Sequence record: NC_020851.1
Length of the DNA stretch: 64,000 bases
Direction: 5' to 3' (one strand)
The first letter of the stretch is position 1. Each line of letters begins with the position of its first letter. Positions 51,001-59,985 of this stretch are shown here, piece by piece. The notes beneath the pieces are model-generated. The model was not told the DNA's origin. It did no database searches and was given only the letters and a program-made list of their open reading frames with translations. The translations under genes were made by a program, and so were the position numbers.

Positions 51001-53714
51001 AGTGATGTTGTTCTTTCATTTACATTATTTGTAAATGTTCCTGGAGTTGATGTTGTTGTATATGTAAATTCTAAATCATTTGTTGCAGAAACACTATCGA
51101 CATTATATGTTCCATTATATCCCTTATCAATTAATCCAGTCGTGTTTGTGGAATCAGTTACATTTTTAATAGTGACTGAATCTCCAACTTTTAAACTGTG
51201 AGGTAATTCTGTAATAACAGTGACTGTATCTGTTGGGTTTGAGAATGAACAAGTGCTAATGAATCTTGGGTTACGATTGTAATCATAATTAGTAGAATCG
51301 ATAGTAGTTCTATTCGTATCAGCAGTTCCTACATATCCAGTTGTGCTAGATTCTTGAAGAACAAATCCTGCTTCTGGTGTCTTTGCATTTGAAAGTTGAC
51401 TTGGAACTACAACTCTAACTTTATAAATTTTCTCATCTAAACTTCTATTATCTGGTGTTCTCTTAATAATAGTTGGTTCTGTCGCACCAGATAGGGAATT
51501 TATGGCTGATGCCATAGTACCGGCATTAGTTACATTAATATACCATTGACTTCCATCCCACTGAACTGGGTGTCCGGCATCACCAGATTGTTTATCAGAA
51601 ACTCTCGTAAGAATTTTTAGATTTGTTCCACCATATACTGTAATTGGTTCATCTGCAAGTGCTTCTGCTTCTGATGCGGCAAGTTTAACAGTCGTATTAT
51701 TTGGAGCAATTGCATAATAAACTGTGTTAGTTCTTAAATTTTCTGGTAGATCTCCATCATCACTAATAATGATAACTTTTTCACCTGTTACTATTCCATG
51801 TGTTCCTGTCGTGAATATATTTGATGAAGGTCCAGAAGTTACCGGATACTCTTTGAATGATGAAGAACCATCCGACATTAAAATATCTGCCGAATATTCT
51901 GTTCCTCCAACAGTAAGGAAAAGTTTATCATTTACTTTTGCACCAACACGATAACCTTGTGTAAGAATTGGTGGTTTTACATCCTCATTATCAAATCCAA
52001 AGAGATATAATTTAGTTGAAGTATTTGTTGCATCCTGATCAAGAGTCAACCAATCAATATCCTCTTCAATTGAATGTAATGCTCTTGGAGGAATAATATG
52101 AGTAATAAATGCCTTATTATCCTTCTCAAATGCTTCTTTCTTAAATCCTTCAGAGATTAGTGATAATTGACCAAAGTTGGAGTTTGAGTTGGTTACAGAG
52201 GCATCTCCACCACTCTGTGCCTCAAAGTGCTTGTTATATCCAATCGCAAAAACTGAAACAATTTGAACAATTGCATCATTGCTCATCTTAATATGAGTTT
52301 GTTCCCATCCTTTTCTATAGATTGCATCAGAATCTAAATGGTATACAATTCCACTAGATGAAGATTTTGAAGATAATACTGAACCAGTTTGTGTTGTTCC
52401 TGATGAATAAAAATCATTTCTATATTCTCTAGATGATGGAATATACTTTACAAAGGCTCTATCATCTTTTTGAAGACTAATCCCAGTAAATTGAGCCACG
52501 ACCATACTACGGAATCCAGTTGCTTTGGATCCATCAGTATGCATTCCATTCATACCCCATACAGAACGCATAGAGATATTAAAGATGTAAGGAGAAGCAC
52601 CAGAAACAGTATCAGTTTCAATTGTTACGGTTCCTTCGTTTGGTGTTGCTGTAGGTGAAATTAGTGCTGGATCAGATGATATAGTATAGAAAAAGATATT
52701 ATCACTAATAGTACTAACTTCTGTAACTCTAGTTGAAATATTATACTGAGAATCTGATACATCCTTAATACGAATTGGTGTTCCTACATCTAATCCATGA
52801 GGAACTTGTGTTGTGACAGTAATTGTTCTTGTTGGTGTTGCACCATCACCTGATATAATTGATGTGATTACAATAGGATCTGATGCAAATGCACCAACAA
52901 TCTCAAACTCTGGTCTTACTGAAGTAAACCCTTCTTTATTTCCAGGGAATCTATCTAAAGGATCAACTTCTCGACCTGATCCGGCACTATATGCTTTTGA
53001 TAGTTTTGCATAATACATCGCAAGGTCTGTTACACCTTGAGTGCCGACATCATTTACACCATCGGCATATTCAAATACCGTAAGTTTATGGTGTGAAAAT
53101 GTTGGAGTTGATTTAAGTTCAAAATTATCTGGTTGTGTATAAACTGTTCCAAATTCATCTCCATCAAAAATAGAGAACTGCCAGAGATAACATGCTCCAG
53201 TAATTCTAAATATTGCAGAATTTAGTACATCATCATCAGTTGGATTCGGAACATAAAGAGGGCGTATCTTGGTCTTTCTTAAATCAAGACCGACAATTGA
53301 AGTTCCACGAGGAACAATTACACCACCATTTACACTATTAAACTTATAAAGGTCATTATCTTTTTGTGTTAAGTCAAAAACGGAATCCAATGTTAACTGA
53401 TAATCCCTTATCGCAGTTCCATCAGGAGTGCTTGTTGTTCCACTACTATTAATAGAATAACCTGGACGATTATCAACTACATGATTACCAGGCATCAAGA
53501 GAATTGTAGTTTTCTCTGTTTCGTCGTTATTATTTCCCTTTACATATGAAAATCTCGCAGACTCAATTAATGCTCTCTGAATTGTCTTAAACGGACGAGC
53601 AAGTGAGTTTCCTTGATTACTAATACTATCAGTCGAGTCTAAATCTGATGGACTTACATATAATATACGACCTTCAGTGTTCTTAATAATAGAATCTAGT
53701 TTATTCAATGGCAT
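48009..53714 (-). CDS. long tail fibre protein (1901 aa) with C-terminal tail collar domain
   Basis: GNSLARPFKTIQRAL N-terminus; PRGSVFYVATATTPAGYLYCDG...NLPPY C-terminus. Confidence 0.8.
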   Translation of the reverse strand: MPLNKLDSIIKNTEGRILYVSPSDLDSTDSISNQGNSLARPFKTIQRALIESARFSYVKGNNNDETEKTTILLMPGNHVVDNRPGYSINSSGTTSTPDGTAIRDYQLTLDSVFDLTQKDNDLYKFNSVNGGVIVPRGTSIVGLDLRKTKIRPLYVPNPTDDDVLNSAIFRITGACYLWQFSIFDGDEFGTVYTQPDNFELKSTPTFSHHKLTVFEYADGVNDVGTQGVTDLAMYYAKLSKAYSAGSGREVDPLDRFPGNKEGFTSVRPEFEIVGAFASDPIVITSIISGDGATPTRTITVTTQVPHGLDVGTPIRIKDVSDSQYNISTRVTEVSTISDNIFFYTISSDPALISPTATPNEGTVTIETDTVSGASPYIFNISMRSVWGMNGMHTDGSKATGFRSMVVAQFTGISLQKDDRAFVKYIPSSREYRNDFYSSGTTQTGSVLSSKSSSSGIVYHLDSDAIYRKGWEQTHIKMSNDAIVQIVSVFAIGYNKHFEAQSGGDASVTNSNSNFGQLSLISEGFKKEAFEKDNKAFITHIIPPRALHSIEEDIDWLTLDQDATNTSTKLYLFGFDNEDVKPPILTQGYRVGAKVNDKLFLTVGGTEYSADILMSDGSSSFKEYPVTSGPSSNIFTTGTHGIVTGEKVIIISDDGDLPENLRTNTVYYAIAPNNTTVKLAASEAEALADEPITVYGGTNLKILTRVSDKQSGDAGHPVQWDGSQWYINVTNAGTMASAINSLSGATEPTIIKRTPDNRSLDEKIYKVRVVVPSQLSNAKTPEAGFVLQESSTTGYVGTADTNRTTIDSTNYDYNRNPRFISTCSFSNPTDTVTVITELPHSLKVGDSVTIKNVTDSTNTTGLIDKGYNGTYNVDSVSATNDLEFTYTTTSTPGTFTNNVNERTTSLPRFERTDLQSNLYVYRNEIISEYSDGDSNGVYHLYTLNSNNAIQNEFTNLEYSQNVTDLYPQLDRDNPNDDPNSATTYALRSPIGEVQTDDLKKSITRESANLLLTSLGIGLDIASVTNPTSTTPTITFDRNHNFNSIVTGTLGATSGFTPGTYFNVKIYNNIGLTQWNGATAKVSVAGTTINSVEIMNGGSNYSDGTYFLDTGVIGAGTPNTFTVTSADISSHIGDVVQFTGVGIGTDTYHRIDSVTGRNSISIARTTGDPVITSDNYAFITAPSVAFTASGDVVTAPGHGLVVGNKFRVIGINTSNFGDYIVESSTLNEFEVTGGIGTASGFILKHGLSSNSGVSDRSNENLQSRAITVFDGETLTLSESGGIDATSTAFSVSSPGIAGTMTRFPLGSYIQIDNEIMRIASDSLSGTPTDEITVIRGALATSPVTHVENSTIRKIKVPSIEFHRPSIIRASGHTFEYLGYGPGNYSTGLPQVQDRTITEREEFLSQAQERSSGLVVYTGMNNKGDFYIGNQKKSSATGEETNFDIPVPTVTGEDPSRLSAVFDEVTIKERLVVEGGDSGQVLSQFGGPVTFDKDVRIKEELKVTGDTKLKNLSSTTNILPINDNVDVDGSITADQFIATTPSFTNINGNDIYHMLRSNGTQGLITSGEVTNALGFTPASIGSITGDFPLGNSIVVDDISSQFNGTLTDFALLRASAAFIPAGSSANLIVSLGGVIQKPGSDYFIVQSGGENTNTIRFTTAPLSGTSAFIIGLGGQGSLISNLDWDTKGEIIVATGNNSAAKVQVGQNGYALTADSNQTTGVSWQPSVPRGSVFYVATATTPAGYLYCDGTRIPTSGTFQGIAASLLQDLRTLLGTSYGATGTLPNLVNRFAGYSATPGNTGGSANATLVSHSHTVTGSTNQRGGIARWRPATPSPSVTHGGGDVILFDEGNVGDGEETDFNNGVQLRLDTRHTHTVSGTAGNQGSSATNKNLPPYLGMRPIIKY

Positions 53715-53749
53715 TGTATTACTGCGTCTATGCTATTTCTATGACTTAT

Positions 53750-54058
53750 TTATCTCAGTAAATCTTCTTCTCCATTATAAAAACTTTGTATTTCTTCTGG
53801 TAAGTTTTCGGGATTTAATATTTCAATATCATCAAAGCAAGGATGACAATTTTCTAATATCAAATAATTAGAACCCTTGTAAATATCTTCTACCGAATAA
53901 TCTTTGTTACTATATGCCTCTCTTACTATTTCCCGATCATAAAGATATCCCACAGGTAAATCATCAAACGTAAATGGGACATCATTTAAGAAGAACATTT
54001 TGACTATCATCCTATAGTCATTATACCAACATTTCTTAGTGGTTACTGCGTAAGACAT
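53750..54058 (-). CDS. conserved cyanophage hypothetical protein
   Basis: VKMFFLNDVPFTFD...EECHP-like ENCHPCF. Confidence 0.7.
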   Translation of the reverse strand: MSYAVTTKKCWYNDYRMIVKMFFLNDVPFTFDDLPVGYLYDREIVREAYSNKDYSVEDIYKGSNYLILENCHPCFDDIEILNPENLPEEIQSFYNGEEDLLR

Positions 54059-54090
54059 AATATTATTCTTTCTTTTTATTTATTTTCATA

Positions 54091-54121
54091 AAAAAAAGGT
54101 TCCCGCACCACCAGGAACCTC
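54091..54121 (-). terminator. intrinsic terminator of the tRNA operon
   Basis: AGGTTCC-tggtggtgcg-GGAACCT followed by T7. Confidence 0.8.
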
Positions 54122-54127
54122 ATGTTA

Positions 54128-54215
54128 TTCACTCACCAAAGAAAAACCCTATCATATAATCTTCATTTCTCGCAGAGTGACTTTACATCTAGTGGGGCTA
54201 ACTCCTTCCCCTTCC
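54128..54215 (-). ncRNA. putative structured RNA between tRNA-Leu and terminator
   Basis: GGGG/CCCC, TCACTC/GAGTGA and AGAAA/TTTCT stems; no ORF. Confidence 0.35.
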
Positions 54216-54217
54216 AA

Positions 54218-54292
54218 TACCCGTGATCGGACTCGAACCGATACTGTCGAAATTTTAAGTTTCGTGTCTACTGCCAATTGGACTACACGGGC
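54218..54292 (-). tRNA. tRNA-Leu(UAA), short variable loop, no CCA
   Basis: GCCCGTG/CACGGGT acceptor, CGAAA-CTTAAAA-TTTCG, TTCGAGT T-loop, A73. Confidence 0.85.
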
Positions 54293-54296
54293 ATAA

Positions 54297-54430
54297 CATT
54301 ACACTTATCCGTATGCTATGTGGGCATCACACCCAGTATACTGACAGTTTGTAATGGAGCAAAAAGAAAGTAACCAACTCTCTAGATCACAGTGTGGTTA
54401 GCACCGTCGCGGGCGAGCTCATTCCCCGTC
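54297..54430 (-). ncRNA. structured ncRNA inside the tRNA cluster (possibly manA motif)
   Basis: TAACCA/TGGTTA and CATTACA/TGTAATG stems with nested hairpins; manA identity is from memory only. Confidence 0.5.
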
Positions 54431-54433
54431 TAA

Positions 54434-54506
54434 TGCAGGTTGTGGGAATTGAACCCACCTTCGCCGTTTTATGAGAACGGTCCATTCACCAGATTGGTAA
54501 ACCTGC
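54434..54506 (-). tRNA. tRNA with CAU anticodon (elongator Met or Ile2)
   Basis: GCAGGTT/AACCTGC, CCGTT-CTCATAA-AACGG, TTCAATT. Confidence 0.85.
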
Positions 54507-54509
54507 AGA

Positions 54510-54597
54510 TACTCGTGGATCGATTTGAACGATCTCAAAGGCACTAATCGGGTGCAAAGAGTTTATAAGACTCCCCTGACTACCAAGTCTCACGAGC
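54510..54597 (-). tRNA. atypical tRNA with UAU (Ile) anticodon and long variable arm
   Basis: GCTCGTG/CACGAGT, GGAGT-CTTATAA-ACTCT, GCAC/GTGC variable stem, GATCG-TTCAAAT-CGATC. Confidence 0.7.
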
Positions 54598-54607
54598 AGA
54601 TGATGAA

Positions 54608-54781
54608 CTACTGAGCTTCGTTATTGTCGTCAGTATGTATTCTTATTAGTTCATCATCTGCAGGCATCATGACTGCTGCCTTACCATCTTCTCTTACAAT
54701 ACCTATGGTTTCACCGTTTTCAACTCTCTCCATAAGGTCATCAAAATTGTCTTCCCATTCTTTCAGGGTAAAAACTTCCAT
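54608..54781 (-). CDS. Phd/YefM-like antitoxin homolog (57 aa)
   Basis: manual translation MEVFTLKEWEDNFDDLMERVENGETIGIVREDGKAAVMMPA. Confidence 0.6.
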   Translation of the reverse strand: MEVFTLKEWEDNFDDLMERVENGETIGIVREDGKAAVMMPADDELIRIHTDDNNEAQ

Positions 54782-54970
54782 TTACACCTCCAATGGTTCT
54801 GCATAAAATAAAGCATCTTCTGGACAAGTATTACGAATGACCTCAAGAACATTCATGAACTGATCCACAGTATCACAAACAATTTCTTTGGTGTCTCCTT
54901 CACTAGAATAGATGTAGAATATGCGTTTGGTAGGGTCTACAACACATCGTGTGAGAAACTCGTCTTGCAT
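54782..54970 (-). CDS. conserved cyanophage hypothetical protein
   Basis: MQDEFLTRCVVDPTKRIFYIYSSEGD. Confidence 0.7.
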   Translation of the reverse strand: MQDEFLTRCVVDPTKRIFYIYSSEGDTKEIVCDTVDQFMNVLEVIRNTCPEDALFYAEPLEV

Positions 54971-54994
54971 CTTGCCTTGGTTGCTTACCTTGTT

Positions 54995-55045
54995 ATTATA
55001 ACGCATCTGAGTGCTGGTGTCAAGTGTGCCGGTTGGGGAAGTGGT
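54995..55045 (-). promoter_or_regulatory. consensus sigma70 promoter of the tRNA operon, with dyad
   Basis: TTGACA-17-TATAAT; dyad-like 55028-45. Confidence 0.85.
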
Positions 55046-55666
55046 TTAATTCACCACAAAGACCTGAACACAAAAGTCAATCGCATCATCAGTACCCTCA
55101 AGCATACAAATCCAAGAAGAATTGCCATAATTTGCAAAAACCTGCTCCCATGCACCACCACTTTTAATCCATCCACTTTCACATTCTTTCCAAACTCCAT
55201 TATCTTTTATAAACAGATTGCCAACATTTTTCCAACTTCCCCCATCCTTAACTCCCAAATTGAATGCATTATTTAAATATCCATCACCGGGATATGCATA
55301 ACCTCCCCAGGTTAAAGATTCTCCACCCAAATAAAATGCTGTTCCAGGTCCACTAGAAGTGAAAGAAAGTAGATAATCATCAACTCCGGGTGTTGTTCTA
55401 GAATATGTGATAGTGGTTTCTGTCCCCGAAAATCCATTATTATTCAAACTTAAACCAGAAGGAACAGGATCTACACTTGTGGTGTAACCATCTTGACTTT
55501 TTGTTACTCTTACAGTTCCATCAACACTAAATGTATACGTGTTACTTGATTCAGATACTGCAGCAAATTTTACTTGAGTGGTATTTCCATCCAATCTCAT
55601 ATAAAAATTGCCATCTGATTTTTTAATAAATTTTGCTCCCATAATTTTTAACTCACTTGATACCAA
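55046..55666 (-). CDS. hypothetical structural protein
   Basis: 206-aa ORF downstream of gp5 module. Confidence 0.6.
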   Translation of the reverse strand: MVSSELKIMGAKFIKKSDGNFYMRLDGNTTQVKFAAVSESSNTYTFSVDGTVRVTKSQDGYTTSVDPVPSGLSLNNNGFSGTETTITYSRTTPGVDDYLLSFTSSGPGTAFYLGGESLTWGGYAYPGDGYLNNAFNLGVKDGGSWKNVGNLFIKDNGVWKECESGWIKSGGAWEQVFANYGNSSWICMLEGTDDAIDFCVQVFVVN

Positions 55667-56052
55667 ACATCACCGTTATTTCCTTCTGTTGTTGGAGTAT
55701 AAGTTTCAACAAATCTAGTTCCGTAAGCATTACTGGTAGATGGAATACTTATAGTTGAAATGCCTGCAGATTCGGATGTTGTAATTGGATTTGTTCCATC
55801 ATATGATGTTTGTTTTACATCTACACCAGAAAGAATTCCACCACTACCATCTGAAGATGCTGCGATGGTGAATTGTGTACCAGAATTTCTTGTGACGGTA
55901 ACATTACTTCCACCAATTATTGTGATATCATCATTAGTTGTTCCATCAACGTCTAGATTACCACCAATCTTTACATTCCTAAAAAATGTTACATCATCAT
56001 TAAAATAAGTTTCTTCTCCAAATACATTAATATTGAGTGAATCTCTTGACAT
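55648..56052 (-). CDS. hypothetical structural protein
   Basis: 134-aa ORF ending GNNGDVWYQ. Confidence 0.6.
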   Translation of the reverse strand: MSRDSLNINVFGEETYFNDDVTFFRNVKIGGNLDVDGTTNDDITIIGGSNVTVTRNSGTQFTIAASSDGSGGILSGVDVKQTSYDGTNPITTSESAGISTISIPSTSNAYGTRFVETYTPTTEGNNGDVWYQVS

Positions 56053-56056
56053 TTTT

Positions 56057-56647
56057 CTAAAAGATTGAGGAAACGGCAGGACCCACTATAGGAAGATCTC
56101 CTATACCAGTAACTGCACCAGCAGTTTTAAGAAAATCTAATCCTACATAAGAACCATCAGTAACTCTTTGTAACCAACTACCAACAGTCATTTCTACCAT
56201 ATTTCCTGTAAGTCCGTTTACATCTACTGATTGTCCATCAAGATTAATTTTCCCATTTTTAGATACTATATTACAATTTCTACCTGCTTTTAAATCAATA
56301 TCTTCGTCTGCCTGTATCATAATATTTTGACCCTTAATTTTTACATTACCATTATTCATACAAGTAATTGTAATATCACCATTAATAGTTGCTAAAACAA
56401 AACTAACATCTTTTGCCGAATTTTTTGTTCCGGCAATCATTTCTATACATTTATCATTATGTTGATGAAAAATTCCACTTTCAGAAAATAATTTTAAATC
56501 TACATCCTTATTTTCAGTATAAGCATAAAATCCTGCAATTGATGGTCCATCACCATTCATTTGAGGATCAGAAATACTAAAACTATAATTGGGTCCGTAA
56601 GAATCGTAAGAACGTAATTCTATATTTTGATTCGGTCTTTCTGCCAT
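56057..56647 (-). CDS. gp5 C-terminal beta-helix (spike)-like protein
   Basis: repeating NVKIKG/NIMIQA/DIDLKAG strands; follows gp5 N-terminal gene. Confidence 0.6.
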   Translation of the reverse strand: MAERPNQNIELRSYDSYGPNYSFSISDPQMNGDGPSIAGFYAYTENKDVDLKLFSESGIFHQHNDKCIEMIAGTKNSAKDVSFVLATINGDITITCMNNGNVKIKGQNIMIQADEDIDLKAGRNCNIVSKNGKINLDGQSVDVNGLTGNMVEMTVGSWLQRVTDGSYVGLDFLKTAGAVTGIGDLPIVGPAVSSIF

Positions 56648-56651
56648 TTTA

Positions 56652-58664
56652 TTATACGCAATCTATAACACTAATAATTTCATTCTGTGGAGGTTGTGGG
56701 GGAATAAATGTTCCTATTATTGGTTTTATAAGTGCTCCAATACCAGTTTCTGTACTAATTGTAATTATCGGCAACTGAGTTACTTTCAATCTATTTATCG
56801 GAGATGCTGATATAATTTTTCCATCTTCGATAGTAAGATCATACTCTTCTCCATTATCATCAGTTGCGGTATCTCCAGGATCATATCCAGTTCCTGGATA
56901 AAGAACTATTGTATCTACAATCGAACCATCATCTAATTCTATTTCAGAACCTTCGAGTGTATCTTCTACAGGATAATTTTCACCCTCCGAAACCATATAA
57001 ACACCTGTAATTTGTCCATAGGTTGAAGAATTTTTGTCGTAATCAACAATTGCTCTTCCAACTGCACCGTATCCAAGACCACAAGAATCTTCAAAAGTAA
57101 CCATTGGTGGAGCATAAGTATATTTAGAACCTGGATCTGTAATCTCGACTCCAATAATACTTCCAGTTCTTGCAACAGAAGATGTTATTTCTCCTAAACC
57201 ATCAGTATTATTGACAATTCCGCCCATAATTACTTTACCAGCACCACCTATACCATTTCCACCGAAGAATGATACTGTTGGTCCTCCACAACTTGTTGGA
57301 GTTCCACAATCAGGTTTACTATATGGTGAAGTTAGTGTTGTTATGCCAGACAAAGCATTTGAAATATTTGCAAATTCCAAGGCATTATCTAAAATATCAT
57401 TCACTTTTGCTTTATTTTTTGGACCATATCCAATTGTCCATTCCTTAACACCATCACATTTATCTGCAGTTTGATTACAACTAAAGAAATTTTGAATAGA
57501 TTTTATTACATCAACAGAACTACGAAGAAAATCTACAATTTTAAATCCTGGACTTGCCAATTCTAAAATCTTACTAATTCCACCTATAACAGAATCTAAT
57601 CCGGACGATATTTCATCAATAATACCATTCAAGAAAGATCCAATAAATTGTTCTGCCGTACAAACTCCAAAATTAACAACCTCTAAAACAGTTGATTCAA
57701 TTAAATCTTTGAGTGTATCTCCAAGACCATTAATAATTTTTGCAGAAACACATGCAATTGCATCTTGTGCTGCTTTTAATGGAGGAACCATCGATTCTTG
57801 TGCGGCAACACCAGCTAAATGTGCCGCAACTGGATTTCCTGTTGAAGCAAGAACTGCAGCATAAACCTGTTTATATAAAAGATCTAATCCACTTTTTAAA
57901 ATTGGAATTAATGCGGTATATAATGAGTTGAATAAAGTTCCTACAAACTGATTAGCAAGAACCTGTATTTTTTTAACTGCATTTTGAATGTCTTGAAGAA
58001 AATCAGTTCCTTCACTAATAATATTAATTAGATTTCCTAATATTCCAGTAACTTCTGTAGCAAAATTATCTTCACAAGTATCAGCAAAAGTTATAACATT
58101 TCCTGTTGCACTAGATGCTTTTACTTCTCTTGCTTTACCTTTCTCTTTATTGTTTTCATTTAGAGGATCAACATTTTCTATATTTCTAGGTTGTTTTTGA
58201 TCCTGTGAACTTTGTCCTGTTGATTCTCGATCACTTTTTGTATCCGGTCTTTTTATATTTGTAGTATAACCAGTAAATGGAACAAAAGGATTTGATGGTT
58301 CAAGTGATGGTGTAAATTGTGTTTTTCCAAAAGCACCCATAATCACCGGAATTTGTGCATCATCACCATCAAGAAAAAACCCTACAACAATATCTCCCTG
58401 ATTAATCCTAGCACTTTGAGCAAATCCACCACCACCACTTCCTGCGGTTGTGGGCATCATAACTCCTGCCCAAGGAAGATCTTCATCAGAAAGTTCGATG
58501 TAATTATCAGGGTGATATCCTAATATTCTAACCTTATATCTGAATGCCCAACCTTCTCCATTTGCTTGTTCTGGTGCAGAAGCAGTTTGTGCAATTTGAC
58601 CAATCCACCAACGAAATCCGTCTCGTCCAATAAAATTGCTTTTGAGTGTAGATTCTTCTATCAT
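56652..58664 (-). CDS. gp5: baseplate hub gp5 (OB-fold N-terminus)
   Basis: FRWWIGQI, YKVRILGYH, LPWA, GDIVVGFFLDG..AQIPVIMG. Confidence 0.8.
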   Translation of the reverse strand: MIEESTLKSNFIGRDGFRWWIGQIAQTASAPEQANGEGWAFRYKVRILGYHPDNYIELSDEDLPWAGVMMPTTAGSGGGGFAQSARINQGDIVVGFFLDGDDAQIPVIMGAFGKTQFTPSLEPSNPFVPFTGYTTNIKRPDTKSDRESTGQSSQDQKQPRNIENVDPLNENNKEKGKAREVKASSATGNVITFADTCEDNFATEVTGILGNLINIISEGTDFLQDIQNAVKKIQVLANQFVGTLFNSLYTALIPILKSGLDLLYKQVYAAVLASTGNPVAAHLAGVAAQESMVPPLKAAQDAIACVSAKIINGLGDTLKDLIESTVLEVVNFGVCTAEQFIGSFLNGIIDEISSGLDSVIGGISKILELASPGFKIVDFLRSSVDVIKSIQNFFSCNQTADKCDGVKEWTIGYGPKNKAKVNDILDNALEFANISNALSGITTLTSPYSKPDCGTPTSCGGPTVSFFGGNGIGGAGKVIMGGIVNNTDGLGEITSSVARTGSIIGVEITDPGSKYTYAPPMVTFEDSCGLGYGAVGRAIVDYDKNSSTYGQITGVYMVSEGENYPVEDTLEGSEIELDDGSIVDTIVLYPGTGYDPGDTATDDNGEEYDLTIEDGKIISASPINRLKVTQLPIITISTETGIGALIKPIIGTFIPPQPPQNEIISVIDCV

Positions 58665-59985
58665 TGATCTTTCTTATTGATTCCAAAATTATCTCTAACC
58701 AATTTCAAAGAAGTATAAGAACTGTTAGGTTCGAAATGATGGCATAATTCCTTTATTATATATGCTCCACTTACTTCACTATCTAATTCATTTTCATCTT
58801 CTGATGAAATTTTTGGAAATTTGCAATCAATTACATCACCGGCACTCAGATTAGTATTGCATGGAATCATCATACTTACAGTTTGAGTTAAAAGTGCATT
58901 ATATCTCATAAGAGATTGTGATTTATATTTTTCTGGATCAGCATTGTTTGCTGTTGAAATTCCTTTATCTAATGTTCCAATATCAAGAATTCCAGATATA
59001 ATTCTTGTAGGTATCTCTGCAAGAGAAGTATCAGATCCTTCACCTGTTGTTGGTAATTTAAATTCGTTTGCCCCTAAACTTTCTGTCTTACCTTTATATT
59101 TTGATAATGTGAATGTATTATTACTAATATTAAAATTTAATGGATTAAAAAACATATTTCGACTTGCATATGCTCCTAATCTTAATTTTTCAATTAAGTT
59201 TTGATTTTTATCGGTAAAATAATTTAAAATTTTAAAGTCATTATTTGTTTCGGTTTCATTTACATTAACTTCTGTATAATAATAAGGTGTATTTTTATTT
59301 TTGGTTCTTGTTTCATTAAACCATCAATAGATTTAAATTTAAATCCATCTTTTGTCTGATAAAAAACAAATCCTGCAGTGGTATCTCCAGAAGACACCGG
59401 AACTGCTTTTGATGCTAACCAAATTAAAGTAGTAAAAGGTTTTTTTAGATTTCCAATAAATGAATATGGATTTTGTGATTTTTCTATATCATCACTATCA
59501 AATTTTGTGGTTTGTAAAACATCTTTTAAAATTTTTGATACTGACTGGTCAATTGTTCCTGTATATTTTCTCGCAACTCTTGTAGTTTCATTTGTGATTG
59601 CCTCTCTTGAAACTAGATTAAGTAGAAAACTTTCTGTCTGAGATTCAGAAATTACATCAGTAATACTAGAAACAAAAAGATACTTACTTGAATTTGATGC
59701 AAAATCAAGACCTTTCTTTCCATCACCTCTGTCCAAAACTTTCATACGAACTCTTTCACCACCCCTTAAAGGAAGACCATTATATATCGATTGTAATTTA
59801 CCACTTTTCTCACCTTCTATTGAATCCCCAGTATTAATCACTCTTATTTTAGCAGTGATTGCTGGAGAAAAAATATCCTCATAATAATCAATCGAAACAG
59901 CACCTAACTTTAGATCAACAGTTTTCTGTTTATCATTAGATTCTAATATTAGTATTTCGTATAGTGAAGATCCGGATGCTGACAT
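58661..59985 (-). CDS. baseplate hub / tail protein; frame break ~59295
   Basis: ORFs 59260-59985 and 58661-59155 join by adding one A; YYEDIFSPAITA, YIIKELCHHF. Confidence 0.65.

Noticed and set aside
45880-53714. Diversity-generating retroelement acting on tail fibres
   Set aside because: No reverse transcriptase and no template/variable repeat pair seen; the two collar domains share only protein-level motifs
54434-54506. Initiator tRNA-fMet
   Set aside because: G1:C72 is paired and the anticodon stem lacks the three consecutive G:C pairs
22972-55045. Dyad as a CRP or NtcA site
   Set aside because: Does not fit TGTGA-N6-TCACA or GTA-N8-TAC beyond a partial TGTG half
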